Shown in pieces: positions 1 to 9,009 of a stretch of 64,000 nt of DNA. Each line of letters begins with the position of its first letter. Position 1 is the first letter of the stretch. Where the stretch lies: assembly GCA_023431185.1 (NCBI GenBank), contig JAEYXS010000065.1:77386-141385 (forward strand), in the 5' to 3' direction. This DNA comes from Verrucomicrobiota bacterium (GTDB lineage: Bacteria; Verrucomicrobiota; Verrucomicrobiia; Limisphaerales; JAEYXS01). Made by a program: the position numbers and the translations under genes. A model generated the notes under the pieces. It saw only the letters and a program-made list of their open reading frames with translations. It was not told the origin of the DNA and did not search any database.

Positions 1-1403
1 TCACGGGCGTGCGACAACGCTGGGATTACTCGGCAGAGGATCCGCATCTGGACATGCGCGGCTTTCGTGTGCTGGAGCTGCGGCAGGATTACGACGAGGC
101 GAACTACACCCGGCAGGATGAGGAACGCGAACTGAGTTTCGAGGAGATCAAGAGTGACCTTGTGTTGCCGAATGGCGCGCGCTTCTACAACGACCACGCG
201 CATCCTGAATACTGCACACCGGAATGCCGCTCCTTTGCTGATATCGTGTTACAAGACCGGGCAGGTGAGCGCATCGTGGAGGCCTGTGCACAAAAGCTTT
301 CTGAGCGGCGTGAGGCAAAGGTGCGGGTGTATAAGAACAATACGGATTTCTGGGGGCATAGTTACGGTTGCCATGAGAATTACCTGCTGCCGCGTTCCTT
401 GGCTTGGGCGACGTTGGCGGAAGGCATGGAGGCGTTTCTCGTCACTCGCCAGATATTTGCCGGTGCGGGGAAGTTCGGCATTGAAGCGGAAGATTCTTTT
501 GAAGGGCCCGGATTTCAGATCGCGCAGCGCAGTGATTTCTTCAGCGAGTTGCAGAGCGTGGACACGATGCAACGGAGGCCTATCATCAATACACGTGATG
601 AACCGCACGCAAATGCACGCTTATATCGCCGTTTCCACGTCATCATCGGTGATGCAAACATGTCGCCCTTTGCCACACGCTTGAAGGTGGGGACAACGGC
701 GTTGGTGTTGGAAGCGCTGGTGCTGGACCCGAAGAAGCGTCATCCCCGGTTGGATGATCCGCTGCTGGCCTTGCCGGTGATCTCGCAGGACTTGAGCTAC
801 AAGTGGGAAGTGAAGTTGCGCGGGAATGAGCCCAGTACGGCTCTGGAAATTCAACGGCATTATCTGGAATGCGTGAAAGCGGTATGCGATCTGAGTTCGC
901 CTGAACGCGTTGAATTGGTAACGGATTGGGAAGCGGCGCTGAACGATCTGGAACAGGATTACCGAAAGTGCCGTGATCGATTGGACTGGGTGGCGAAGCT
1001 GATGCTGGTCCGAGAATTTCAAGCAGCGGAGAATGTGTCTGATGATGATCCGTGGTTGCGGAGCTTGGACTTGGCGTATCACCTGGTGGATGAGGCAGAA
1101 AGCTTGCATGCAGGATTGGAACATGCGGGTGTGATGCGCGGGATGCCGGAGGAGAAGGCGGTGATGGAAGCGGTGAACCTGCCGCCTAAAGACACGCGAG
1201 CATGGATAAGGGGGCGTTGCGTGGCGAAGTTCTCGGAATCCATCATCTCGGCCCAGTGGGATCATGTGACCTTGCAAGGCAGTAAAGGGCGCTTGCGGAT
1301 TTGCCTGCTGGATTTATTCGCGCCGGAGGACATTTTGCGCTATGCTCAATGCATAGAGCGGGCGGTGACGCCTGATGACCTGCAAGCCATTGCGGAAACC
1401 TAG
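1..1403 (+). CDS. dop: Dop-type Pup/UBact deamidase-depupylase, 5' end cut by window edge
   Basis: The frame of ORF 9..1403 stays open to base 1. Pup-ligase/deamidase family motifs are present: HPEYCTPEC, GCHENYL, RRPIINTRDEP, VIIGDANM, KVGTTALVLE. It is paralogous to 3103..4515 but has a longer insert before the PEYCTPEC motif (Dop-loop-like). It lies directly upstream of the Pup-like ORF. Confidence 0.8.
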   Translation, partial: TGVRQRWDYSAEDPHLDMRGFRVLELRQDYDEANYTRQDEERELSFEEIKSDLVLPNGARFYNDHAHPEYCTPECRSFADIVLQDRAGERIVEACAQKLSERREAKVRVYKNNTDFWGHSYGCHENYLLPRSLAWATLAEGMEAFLVTRQIFAGAGKFGIEAEDSFEGPGFQIAQRSDFFSELQSVDTMQRRPIINTRDEPHANARLYRRFHVIIGDANMSPFATRLKVGTTALVLEALVLDPKKRHPRLDDPLLALPVISQDLSYKWEVKLRGNEPSTALEIQRHYLECVKAVCDLSSPERVELVTDWEAALNDLEQDYRKCRDRLDWVAKLMLVREFQAAENVSDDDPWLRSLDLAYHLVDEAESLHAGLEHAGVMRGMPEEKAVMEAVNLPPKDTRAWIRGRCVAKFSESIISAQWDHVTLQGSKGRLRICLLDLFAPEDILRYAQCIERAVTPDDLQAIAET

Positions 1404-1411
1404 CTATCGAT

Positions 1412-1585
1412 ATGCCTGATCAAACCCAGAAACAACGTCCGGCCCCGCCTTCACCCGGCGGTGGTGGTGGCGAGGGACCACGGGAACCCCAGGTGGAGAA
1501 ACCGAACACGGAGGAACTCCTGAAGCGGATGCGCAAGGTCGATCCTGACCAAGCGCGACGCTATCGGCAACGTACCGGCCAATAA
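1412..1585 (+). CDS. UBact/Pup-like prokaryotic ubiquitin-like modifier (57 aa, below ORF-track cutoff)
   Basis: ATG at 1412, TAA at 1583-1585. Translation: MPDQTQKQRPAPPSPGGGGGEGPREPQVEKPNTEELLKRMRKVDPDQARRYRQRTGQ. It occupies the dop-X-prcB slot and has a P/G/Q-rich N-half. The C-terminal RTGQ fits the UBact R-[TS]-G-[EQ] ending. Confidence 0.8.
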   Translation: MPDQTQKQRPAPPSPGGGGGEGPREPQVEKPNTEELLKRMRKVDPDQARRYRQRTGQ

Positions 1586-1589
1586 TAGC

Positions 1590-2363
1590 ATGAACACCGG
1601 GATAGCAGGGGATTTCCTTGGATTGCTCGCGCAGAACAATCTGCGGCCCTTGGCGGCAGAATCTTCCACGCGCGCACCGGAGCAGACGCACGCCACGACG
1701 GTCTTTGCATTCCGCTATCGTGATGGCGTCTTGGTGGCGGGTGACCGGCGGGCGACGGCGGGCAATGTCATCGTGGCGGATGATGTGAACAAGATCATCG
1801 AGATCGACCGCTATTCCTTGCTGGCGATCGCCGGTGTTCCCGCAATGGCGTTCGAGATGGCGCGAGTGATGCAGGTTTCGTTTGCTTACTATCGCCGCAG
1901 CCAGCTTCAGCCCTTGAGCCTCAAGGCCAAAGTGCGGGCCTTGGCGCGATTGCTGCGAGATAACTTGCCGCTGACCTTGCAAGGCGTGGGCGTGGTTGCG
2001 CCGGTCTTTGCGACGGTTGAAGCGCAAGGGGACAAGATGGTGCCGCGCATCTATTTCTACGATCCCTTGGGCGCGCAGTTTGAAGCGGTGGCTTTTGCAG
2101 CATCTGGTTCTGGTTCGGGCACGGTGCGGAGTGTGCTGAGTTATCAGGAAAGGTTTGGTGACGTGAAACCTTCCTCCATGACGCTGAGTCAAGCCATCCG
2201 GTTCGCGCATAATGTGCTAACGGTGGCCTCGGAGTTTGATGCGGCGACGGGTGGTGTGGACCCGCAGCGCACCGTCTGGCCGGTGATCAAGGTGCTGGAT
2301 GCGAATGGAGCGCGGGATGTACAGCCTGCGGAACATGTGGACGCGCGAAAGGAGGAGGTATGA
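1590..2363 (+). CDS. prcB: 20S proteasome beta subunit
   Basis: 257-aa ORF. A propeptide is followed by the ...THA|TTVFAFRYRDGVLVAGDRRATAGN Ntn-hydrolase signature, with the predicted catalytic Thr at residue 36. GSGS motif present. Its stop overlaps the prcA start (ATGA). Confidence 0.9.
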   Translation: MNTGIAGDFLGLLAQNNLRPLAAESSTRAPEQTHATTVFAFRYRDGVLVAGDRRATAGNVIVADDVNKIIEIDRYSLLAIAGVPAMAFEMARVMQVSFAYYRRSQLQPLSLKAKVRALARLLRDNLPLTLQGVGVVAPVFATVEAQGDKMVPRIYFYDPLGAQFEAVAFAASGSGSGTVRSVLSYQERFGDVKPSSMTLSQAIRFAHNVLTVASEFDAATGGVDPQRTVWPVIKVLDANGARDVQPAEHVDARKEEV

Positions 2364-3097
2364 CCGAGGAACCATTTCGCTGGTTGGAGGCGATTGCGAA
2401 TCGCCGGGATTACGTGCAGCAGCAGATCGCGGCAGGTTCACCGGTGTTCGCGGTGAGTCTGGAGTCGGGCATCCTGTTGCTGGGCGTCGGCAGCGGGCAA
2501 TCAAAGGTCTTCGAGATATTTGATCGCCAGGCGATGGCGGCACTCGGGCATCCAGCAGATATTGAACGCGTGCGGCAGATACTCATTGATGCCGCCCATC
2601 TGGAGGCGTTCACGCGCGCGGGTGCGGATGTGAATGTGCGCCGCTTAGTGAGCTTCGGGCTCAGCCCGCAATTGAAGCAGAGCTTCGAGCAGATATTTCA
2701 GGCACCTTTCATGATCAACCTGTTGCTGACGGAAGTGGCCGAGAAGCAAGCTCAAGACGTGCTGGTGCAGGTGCAGTTTGATGGCGGCTTCCAGATCCAG
2801 CATGCGGGCGTGATGGTGGCTTTGCCGAAACCGGAACTGGTGCCAGCCACTGTGGAGTGGTTGCGCAAACACATCGATCCCAAGCTGACACCGGATAAGG
2901 CTACCTTCGTCCTGTTGCAAGCGTGGGATGCTTTGATGCGTAACGAAGCGTTGCCGGAAGCACCGGACTTTTCCGGCGCTTTACCCGCTACCTGCCGTGA
3001 ACGGCTCACCGGCAAAGTTGTGGAAGCGGCGTTGCTGGAGCGGCAGAGCGGCAGCGCGGCGCGGTATGTGCCGTTGATACCTTTTGCGAGCGGCTAA
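2360..3097 (+). CDS. prcA: 20S proteasome alpha subunit
   Basis: 245-aa ORF translationally coupled to prcB. Resembles bacterial PrcA (SKVFEIFDRQAMAALGHPADIERVR region) and has no Thr1 processing motif. Confidence 0.85.
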   Translation: MTEEPFRWLEAIANRRDYVQQQIAAGSPVFAVSLESGILLLGVGSGQSKVFEIFDRQAMAALGHPADIERVRQILIDAAHLEAFTRAGADVNVRRLVSFGLSPQLKQSFEQIFQAPFMINLLLTEVAEKQAQDVLVQVQFDGGFQIQHAGVMVALPKPELVPATVEWLRKHIDPKLTPDKATFVLLQAWDALMRNEALPEAPDFSGALPATCRERLTGKVVEAALLERQSGSAARYVPLIPFASG

Positions 3098-3102
3098 AGT
3101 TT

Positions 3103-4515
3103 ATGAATCGCATCGTCGGCCTGGAGACCGAGTATGGCTGCCTGCTGGATGAAGCGGGCGCGCCAGCGGGATTGATTGGCCGGGTGCGCAACTGGCTCTT
3201 CGAGGGCAACCGTTTCGGCCTGCCGGATCTGCATCAACGCGATTGGGATGAGCCGGCGGGCAATGGCGGGTTTCTCTTCAATGGTGGCCGTGCCTATGTG
3301 GACATGGGGCACTTGGAGTACTGCACCCCCGAGTGTCTGACCGTGCGTGATGTCATCAAATATGATCGCGCAGGTGATGCGATGATCAACCTGGCCTTGC
3401 AGGAGCTGGGTTTCAGTGAGGCGGCCGGGTTTGTGCGGAACAATGTGGACCATTACTCCGGCGCCACCTTCGGCTGCCACGAGAACTATCTGGTCCGGCG
3501 GCATGCACCCCTGACCGAGAAGAACGTCCTGTCGCTGCTGGCATTTCTGACTGTGCGGCTGGTGATGGTGGGCGCGGGCAAGGTCGGTGCTTCGCCCGGA
3601 GTGGAGCAGGGGAATGCGCCGTTCCCCACAGGCAAGGTACCAAAGTTTCAACTCAGCCAGCGCGCGGACTACATCAATAACGATTTGTTCGAGTGGGTGC
3701 AGTTCAACCGAGCCATCATCAATACCCGCGATGAACCACTGGCCGATGGGCGTAAATACCGCCGTTTGCACCTATTGCATGGGGACACCTCTGTGTTGCC
3801 TGCGACCTTGGCGTTGAAGGTAGGCACGACGGCGCTGGTCCTTGATCTTTTGGAAATCGATCATTTGCCGGAGATCGCCTTGGCTGACGCGGTAATGACG
3901 TTTCATCTGCTTTCTCACGACGTTGAGGGACCTTGGCTGGTACAGTTGGCGGATGGGCGGCAGATGGATGCGCTGGAGTTGCTGGATGTTTTCCGCCGCA
4001 AGGCGCAGAGCGAGTTCGGCGGTCGTGATGAGGAGACAGATGGGGTTTTGAAGCTCTGGCAAGGGACCATTGAGCGCCTGTGCAAAAAAAGAGAAGAGTT
4101 GGTGGGCGTGGTGGATTGGGTGACGAAGCGCTGGCTGTTCGAGCAGTTCATGGCAGAGCAGAAACTGGATTGGGATGATCCGTGGCTGAAGTCCTTAGAC
4201 CTTGAGTTTCACCATGTTTCACCGGGCCGCAGCCTGGCTTTGCCTTTGGACAAGACGGAGGCCGGCTGGTCACCTGCTGCCGAAGAAGTGATCGAGGCCA
4301 TGCAAACTGCACCAGACAATACCCGGGCAGGATTGCGGTCCCGGCTGATGCGGGAGCTAAGTCAAAGGAACTTGCGCTACTATGTTGATTGGGAGGTGCT
4401 GGATGCGGCGGGAGCGAAGACTTTGGAGCTTTCGAGTCCATTTGAGGTGAATTCCGAGGCTTCAGCGTTGTGGCTGAAATCGTTGGAAGAGCCGGGGGAC
4501 GCCTTTTCGCCTTAG
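3103..4515 (+). CDS. pafA: PafA-type Pup/UBact-protein ligase
   Basis: 470 aa. N-terminal MNRIVGLETEYG, then HLEYCTPEC, GCHENYL, NRAIINTRDEP, HLLHGDTS. It lacks the extra insert seen in the upstream paralog. Starts 5 nt after prcA. Confidence 0.85.
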   Translation: MNRIVGLETEYGCLLDEAGAPAGLIGRVRNWLFEGNRFGLPDLHQRDWDEPAGNGGFLFNGGRAYVDMGHLEYCTPECLTVRDVIKYDRAGDAMINLALQELGFSEAAGFVRNNVDHYSGATFGCHENYLVRRHAPLTEKNVLSLLAFLTVRLVMVGAGKVGASPGVEQGNAPFPTGKVPKFQLSQRADYINNDLFEWVQFNRAIINTRDEPLADGRKYRRLHLLHGDTSVLPATLALKVGTTALVLDLLEIDHLPEIALADAVMTFHLLSHDVEGPWLVQLADGRQMDALELLDVFRRKAQSEFGGRDEETDGVLKLWQGTIERLCKKREELVGVVDWVTKRWLFEQFMAEQKLDWDDPWLKSLDLEFHHVSPGRSLALPLDKTEAGWSPAAEEVIEAMQTAPDNTRAGLRSRLMRELSQRNLRYYVDWEVLDAAGAKTLELSSPFEVNSEASALWLKSLEEPGDAFSP

Positions 4516-4707
4516 CGGGCTTGGTTCCGGGCGGGCAGACAAGAAAGCCAAAAGATTTGGTTATTTGGCCGGAGATGGTTGACCAAGGCAATTTTTCCCA
4601 AGTAATCCTGCTGCAATTTACTTGCCGCTTTGTGCGTGGGTTCCCTAATCTGCGCGGAAATGGGTTGGGAGTGGATAGCCACTGCAGCCCTATTACTGTC
4701 AGTCAGC

Positions 4708-4784
4708 GCGCGAGTAGCTCAACTGGATAGAGTGACGGTCTCCGAAGCCGTAGGTTGTGGGTTCAAATCCCGCCTCGCGCACCA
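4708..4784 (+). tRNA. tRNA-Arg (anticodon CCG)
   Basis: Manual cloverleaf fold. Acceptor GCGCGAG/CTCGCGC, D-arm GCTC..GAGT, anticodon stem ACGGT/GCCGT with loop CT-CCG-AA, T-arm GTGGG-TTCAAAT-CCCGC, discriminator A and an encoded CCA. Confidence 0.9.
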
Positions 4785-4827
4785 CTGACACGAATAATCC
4801 GAATCAGCCGCAGCTTGCGGCCCAAGC

Positions 4828-5274
4828 ATGAGCATAAAACGCTTCTTTATCCCCGGTCAGGAGAAAACCCACGAGGTGCCCGAGGATGAACTGCCGCCGG
4901 ACAAGCGCAAAATCCTGGTTTTGGACGATGACAAGGATTTCATTTTCCTCCTCCGCGAGTTTTTGCTGGGACAACATTTTGAGGTGGTAGCGGTGGAGAA
5001 CGGGGTGGAGGGTGTGAAGCATGTGATGGCCACGGATTTTGATGTCATCCTATGTGACATGGCCATGCCCAAGCTGCCCGGTGACATGTTCTATCTCGCC
5101 GTGGAGCGGACCAAGCCGCATCTCTGCAAGCGTTTCATCTTCATGACGGGCCACCGTGGCGATGCGAAGATCGATGAGTTCATCCGCCGGGTCAAGGGGC
5201 TGATGCTCTGGAAACCCTTCGAGATGTACATGCTCACCGAGGCCATCCAGACGGTCTTGAAGAAGAACAAGTGA
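4828..5274 (+). CDS. single-domain response regulator (CheY-like receiver)
   Basis: 148 aa. KILVLDDD acidic pocket, phospho-acceptor context DVILCDMAMPKLPG, and a conserved ...WKPF near the C-terminus. No output domain. Confidence 0.8.
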   Translation: MSIKRFFIPGQEKTHEVPEDELPPDKRKILVLDDDKDFIFLLREFLLGQHFEVVAVENGVEGVKHVMATDFDVILCDMAMPKLPGDMFYLAVERTKPHLCKRFIFMTGHRGDAKIDEFIRRVKGLMLWKPFEMYMLTEAIQTVLKKNK

Positions 5275-5454
5275 CATGGGGAAATCCCCAATCCCAAGCT
5301 CCGAACACCAGAGAAGCCAATGGCATCGAGGCCCAAAGTCGAGGGGTTTCCCTTGGTGATTTTGAATGTGGGAACATTGCTTGGGGCAGGAGCTTTGCTT
5401 TTCGTCTTTTTTCCTGCTTGTTTCAGCCGTTTCCTCCGCTAGAAATGACGCCTC

Positions 5455-6078
5455 GTGTCGTTGAAACCGAAAGTCAAACTGGGTGTTTTAGGGTCTGGTA
5501 AGGGCTCCAATATGGTGGCCATCGCCGAGGCGTGCGCGGCCGGGAAGCTTAATGCCGAGATCGTCATGGTGGTGAGTGACGTGGAGACGGCGGGCATCTT
5601 GGACCGGGCGAAAGAGCGCGGTTTGCCGGCGAAATTTGTCGCGCCGGGCAAATTCCGCACCAAATTGGACGAGGTGGCAGAGAAGGAATACATCGCGGCG
5701 ATGCAGGCGGCCGGGGTGGAATGGATCGTTTTGGCAGGGTTCATGCGCATCTTGAAGGGTGATTTTCTCCGTGCATTTGAGGGCAAAGTCATCAATATTC
5801 ACCCCTCTTTGTTGCCGTCCTTTCCGGGATTGGAAGCGTGGAAGCAGGCGTTGGACTACGGCGTGAAGTACACGGGCTGCACGGTTCATTTCGTGGATTC
5901 AGGCATTGATACGGGTGCGATCATCGCGCAACGCACGGTACCGGTATTGGATAATGACACGGCGGCGACGTTGCATGAGCGGGTGCAGGTGGCGGAGCGG
6001 GAGCTGTATCCCGAAGCGTTGGGGAGGCTGGTGAATGGGGGCGTCAAGGTGATTGGGCGGAAGACGGTGAGGCTGTGA
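5455..6078 (+). CDS. purN: phosphoribosylglycinamide formyltransferase
   Basis: 207 aa with a GTG start. [29 protein letters not shown] and [15 protein letters not shown] motifs typical of PurN. Confidence 0.9.
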   Translation: MSLKPKVKLGVLGSGKGSNMVAIAEACAAGKLNAEIVMVVSDVETAGILDRAKERGLPAKFVAPGKFRTKLDEVAEKEYIAAMQAAGVEWIVLAGFMRILKGDFLRAFEGKVINIHPSLLPSFPGLEAWKQALDYGVKYTGCTVHFVDSGIDTGAIIAQRTVPVLDNDTAATLHERVQVAERELYPEALGRLVNGGVKVIGRKTVRL

Positions 6079-6182
6079 TTTGTGGATGGTTTATGGTGGA
6101 TAGTGGATGGGAAGACGGGCAGGCGGGGACGCCTGCGGTACGGCCCGTGAGACGCGTGCGCTACGAATAAGAATTTTTTGAA

Positions 6183-7061
6183 ATGAGCAAACAGGTATTA
6201 AAGTTCGGATTGCCGAAGGGCAGTTTGCAGGACGCCACCATCGAGAAGATGGCGAAGGCGGGTTTTAACATCCAAGTGAGCAGCCGCTCGTACATCCCGT
6301 ATGTGGATGATGTGGAGCTGGACATCCGGTTGATCCGCGCGCAGGAGATCAGCCGTTACGTGGAGCATGGCTATCTGGATTGCGGCATCACGGGGCATGA
6401 CTGGATCAAGGAGAACAACTCTGACGTGCATGAGGTCGGCGAGTTCATTTTCAGCAAGATTTCCCGACAGCCGACGCGCTGGGTGCTCTGCGTGCCGGAG
6501 CAATCGCCGGTGAAGACGGTGAAAGATTTACAGGGCAAACGGATCGCAACGGAAGTGGTGAATCTGACTAAGTCCTATCTCCGCAAGCACAAGGTGAAGG
6601 CGGAAGTGGAGTTTTCTTGGGGTGCCACAGAGGTGAAGGCGCACGAGTTGGTGGACGCGATCGTGGAAGTGACGGAGACGGGGTCTTCGTTGCGCGCCAA
6701 CAAGTTACGCATTGTGGATACGCTTTTGACCTCGACCCCGCGGCTCATCGCGAATCATGATTCGTGGAAGAATAAGTGGAAGAAGCAGAAGATAGAGACG
6801 ATCTCATTGCTGCTCCGGGCGGCCATGGAAGCCGAGACGAAGGTGGGAATGAAGCTCAATATTGCCGAGAAGAACCTCGCAAAATTGTTGCAAAGTTTGC
6901 CCGCTTTGCGTAATCCAACAATTTCCAAGCTGAGTCAGGATGGCTGGGTTGCGGTGGAAACGATCATTGACGAGCACGTTGTTCGCGAATTGATCCCGCA
7001 GTTGAAGGCGGCCGGCGCAGAAGGAATCATAGAGTATCCGCTGAACAAAGTGGTGTACTAA
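6183..7061 (+). CDS. hisG: ATP phosphoribosyltransferase (long form)
   Basis: 292 aa. [11 protein letters not shown]-terminus, DCGITGHDW and [11 protein letters not shown] motifs, plus a C-terminal regulatory domain. Confidence 0.88.
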   Translation: MSKQVLKFGLPKGSLQDATIEKMAKAGFNIQVSSRSYIPYVDDVELDIRLIRAQEISRYVEHGYLDCGITGHDWIKENNSDVHEVGEFIFSKISRQPTRWVLCVPEQSPVKTVKDLQGKRIATEVVNLTKSYLRKHKVKAEVEFSWGATEVKAHELVDAIVEVTETGSSLRANKLRIVDTLLTSTPRLIANHDSWKNKWKKQKIETISLLLRAAMEAETKVGMKLNIAEKNLAKLLQSLPALRNPTISKLSQDGWVAVETIIDEHVVRELIPQLKAAGAEGIIEYPLNKVVY

Positions 7062-7075
7062 ACGAAGCAAAAAAT

Positions 7076-7177
7076 ATGGGTTCATTGAAGAAACGTCGTA
7101 AGTCGAAGATCAACAAGCATAAGCGCCGCAAGCAGCTCCGCGCCAACCGCCATAAGAAGCGTACCTGGCAGAAGTAA
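7076..7177 (+). CDS. 33-aa highly basic micro-protein, ribosomal protein bS22-like (AURKAIP1/COX24-type)
   Basis: ATG at 7076, TAA at 7175-7177. Translation: [33 protein letters not shown]. Same length and MGS-x-KKRRK...KH(R)K pattern as actinobacterial bS22. Followed by a strong terminator. Not in the ORF track. Confidence 0.6.
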   Translation: MGSLKKRRKSKINKHKRRKQLRANRHKKRTWQK

Positions 7178-7220
7178 GCCTCCCCGGCTTGCTTCTTTGG
7201 AAAAAGAAATGCCTTTCACC

Positions 7221-7250
7221 GCCGTCCCGCACTTGCGGGACGGCGTTTTT
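7221..7250 (+). terminator. rho-independent terminator after hisG and the micro-ORF
   Basis: GCCGTCCCGCA-CTT-GCGGGACGGC stem-loop followed by GTTTTT. Confidence 0.75.
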
Positions 7251-7270
7251 ATGGCACAGAATAGGCAGAG

Positions 7271-8974
7271 ATGCGTTTCTGTGTGCCATATCTGTGCCTG
7301 AGTGTAGCCGTCAGCCTGCTGCTGACGGGTTGTCAGACCCCTGCTGACAAGGGCACGGCTGCCAAATCCAAACAAGAGAAGGAAGACAAACCGCCCATTC
7401 CGGCGGAGCAGTGGACTTTTGCCTTCTCCAAGGAAGATGAGTTGAGGATCGAGGCCTTTGCGCGGTTTGCCGCCGGGGTGAGCAATGAGCTGCAGGAAAA
7501 GGGGCCCGAAGCCATGGAAGAGTTCTTCCGTGCGGCCTTGGCGGATTCCACGAATGAGAAGCTGGTGCTGGATGTGGCCCGACGGCTGGTCCAAGGGAGG
7601 CAGTTGGAGAAGGCGGCCATCTTGCTGGGAAAATCGGGCGAGAACCCGGACGCTTCGGCAAGTCTCCTGACTTTGCTGGGGCTGGTTTATGCCGATCAGG
7701 ACCGGGTGGAGGAGGCGATAGCGGTGCAGCGTCGGGCGATCAAGAAGGCACCCAAGTCAATGGCGCCTTATCGAGGTCTGGTGCAACTCTACCTCAAGAA
7801 GGACAACGGACCGGCGGCGTTGCTGGTGCTGGGCGAGGCGGCCCGGATGGAAGGTGTCAGTCCCGAGTTCCAGATGGATCTGGCCGAGCTGTATGGCTAT
7901 TACCTGCGTCTGAAGCCGGATCAGTCCGAATTAGTCAAGCCGGGCATGAAGGCGGCGCTGGACAAGGTGATGGAGACGAAACCGGAGAAACCGGAGATGT
8001 TGGTAAAACTGGCGGAGGGGTATCAGTTCATCAAAGATCTGCCCAGCGCTACCCATGTGTATCTGGAGTTGCTGAAACGCTTTCCCGATGCGCCGGGAGT
8101 GCGGGAGCGGCTGACCAATCTGTTCTTGCAGGGCGGGGAGAAGGGGAAGGCGGTGGAGCTTTTGCAAGCATTGATCCGTGAGAATCCCACGCGACATCCG
8201 GAGGCCTATTTCATTTTGGCAAACCTGTTGCGTGAGGAAAAGAAATATGCCGAGGCGGCGGAGCAGTTGGAGCGCATGTTGATCGTGAAGGATGACGTGG
8301 AGCCAGTCTATTATGAACTGGCGGAGGCCCATAACCTGAACGAGAAGCCGGAGCAGGCACTGAGTGTGCTGGACAAGGCCAAGGGGAAGTTCGGTGACAG
8401 TTTCGTGAACCGGTTCTACCGGGCAATCACCTATAACCGGCTGAAGAAGTATGACAAGGCGGTGGCGGAGCTTACGGCGGCGGAGGTCATGGCCCGGGCG
8501 ACCGCGCCGGAGAGATTGACGCCCCAGTTCTATTTCCAGATGGGCGCGGCGTATGAGCGGAACAAAGACTATGCCGAGGCGGCCAAGTATTTCGAGAAGT
8601 GCCTGGAGATGGAGCCGGACTTCGCAGAGGCACTGAATTATCTCGGCTACATGTGGGCGGAGCGCGGGGAGAATCTGGAGCGCGCGAAGATCCTGATCGA
8701 GAAGGCGGTGAAGCAGGAACCGGAAAACGCGGCCTTCCTGGACAGCATGGCGTGGGTGCTCTTCAAGCTGAACCAGCCCAAGCCTGCGCTGGACTGGATG
8801 CTCAAGGCGATGAAGCATGTGGAGGAGGAGGACGCGACGCTCTACGATCATCTCGGCGATATCTATGCATCGTTGAAGGATTATCTCAAGGCGCGCGAGG
8901 CATGGGAGAAATCACTCAAGATCGAGGTGAGCGAAGAGGTGAAGAAGAAGCTGGAGTCGGCACCAAAGGAATGA
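7271..8974 (+). CDS. TPR-repeat lipoprotein
   Basis: 567 aa. Signal peptide with lipobox LLLTGC. Repeated 34-aa TPR-like helical units along the whole protein (e.g. AEAAKYFEKCLEMEPDFAEALNYLGY). Confidence 0.75.
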   Translation: MRFCVPYLCLSVAVSLLLTGCQTPADKGTAAKSKQEKEDKPPIPAEQWTFAFSKEDELRIEAFARFAAGVSNELQEKGPEAMEEFFRAALADSTNEKLVLDVARRLVQGRQLEKAAILLGKSGENPDASASLLTLLGLVYADQDRVEEAIAVQRRAIKKAPKSMAPYRGLVQLYLKKDNGPAALLVLGEAARMEGVSPEFQMDLAELYGYYLRLKPDQSELVKPGMKAALDKVMETKPEKPEMLVKLAEGYQFIKDLPSATHVYLELLKRFPDAPGVRERLTNLFLQGGEKGKAVELLQALIRENPTRHPEAYFILANLLREEKKYAEAAEQLERMLIVKDDVEPVYYELAEAHNLNEKPEQALSVLDKAKGKFGDSFVNRFYRAITYNRLKKYDKAVAELTAAEVMARATAPERLTPQFYFQMGAAYERNKDYAEAAKYFEKCLEMEPDFAEALNYLGYMWAERGENLERAKILIEKAVKQEPENAAFLDSMAWVLFKLNQPKPALDWMLKAMKHVEEEDATLYDHLGDIYASLKDYLKAREAWEKSLKIEVSEEVKKKLESAPKE

Positions 8975-9009
8975 GTCTGGTGAGGGTAAAGGCGGACTGA
9001 GAGGGGCGG

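Noticed and set aside
4708-4784. tRNA-Arg as a possible integration site for a genomic island downstream.
   Set aside because: There is no integrase or recombinase nearby. I noticed no direct repeat of the tRNA 3' end in the window by eye. The downstream genes (REC, purN, hisG) are ordinary housekeeping genes.
5271-5501. 76-aa ORF in the gap between the response regulator gene and purN; I also considered a ZTP/pfl-type riboswitch upstream of purN.
   Set aside because: The ORF has no coding-like features and runs into purN out of frame. I could not find the conserved ZTP riboswitch core (GGGTCGTGAC... / CCGCCTGGGC-like boxes) in 5275-5454.
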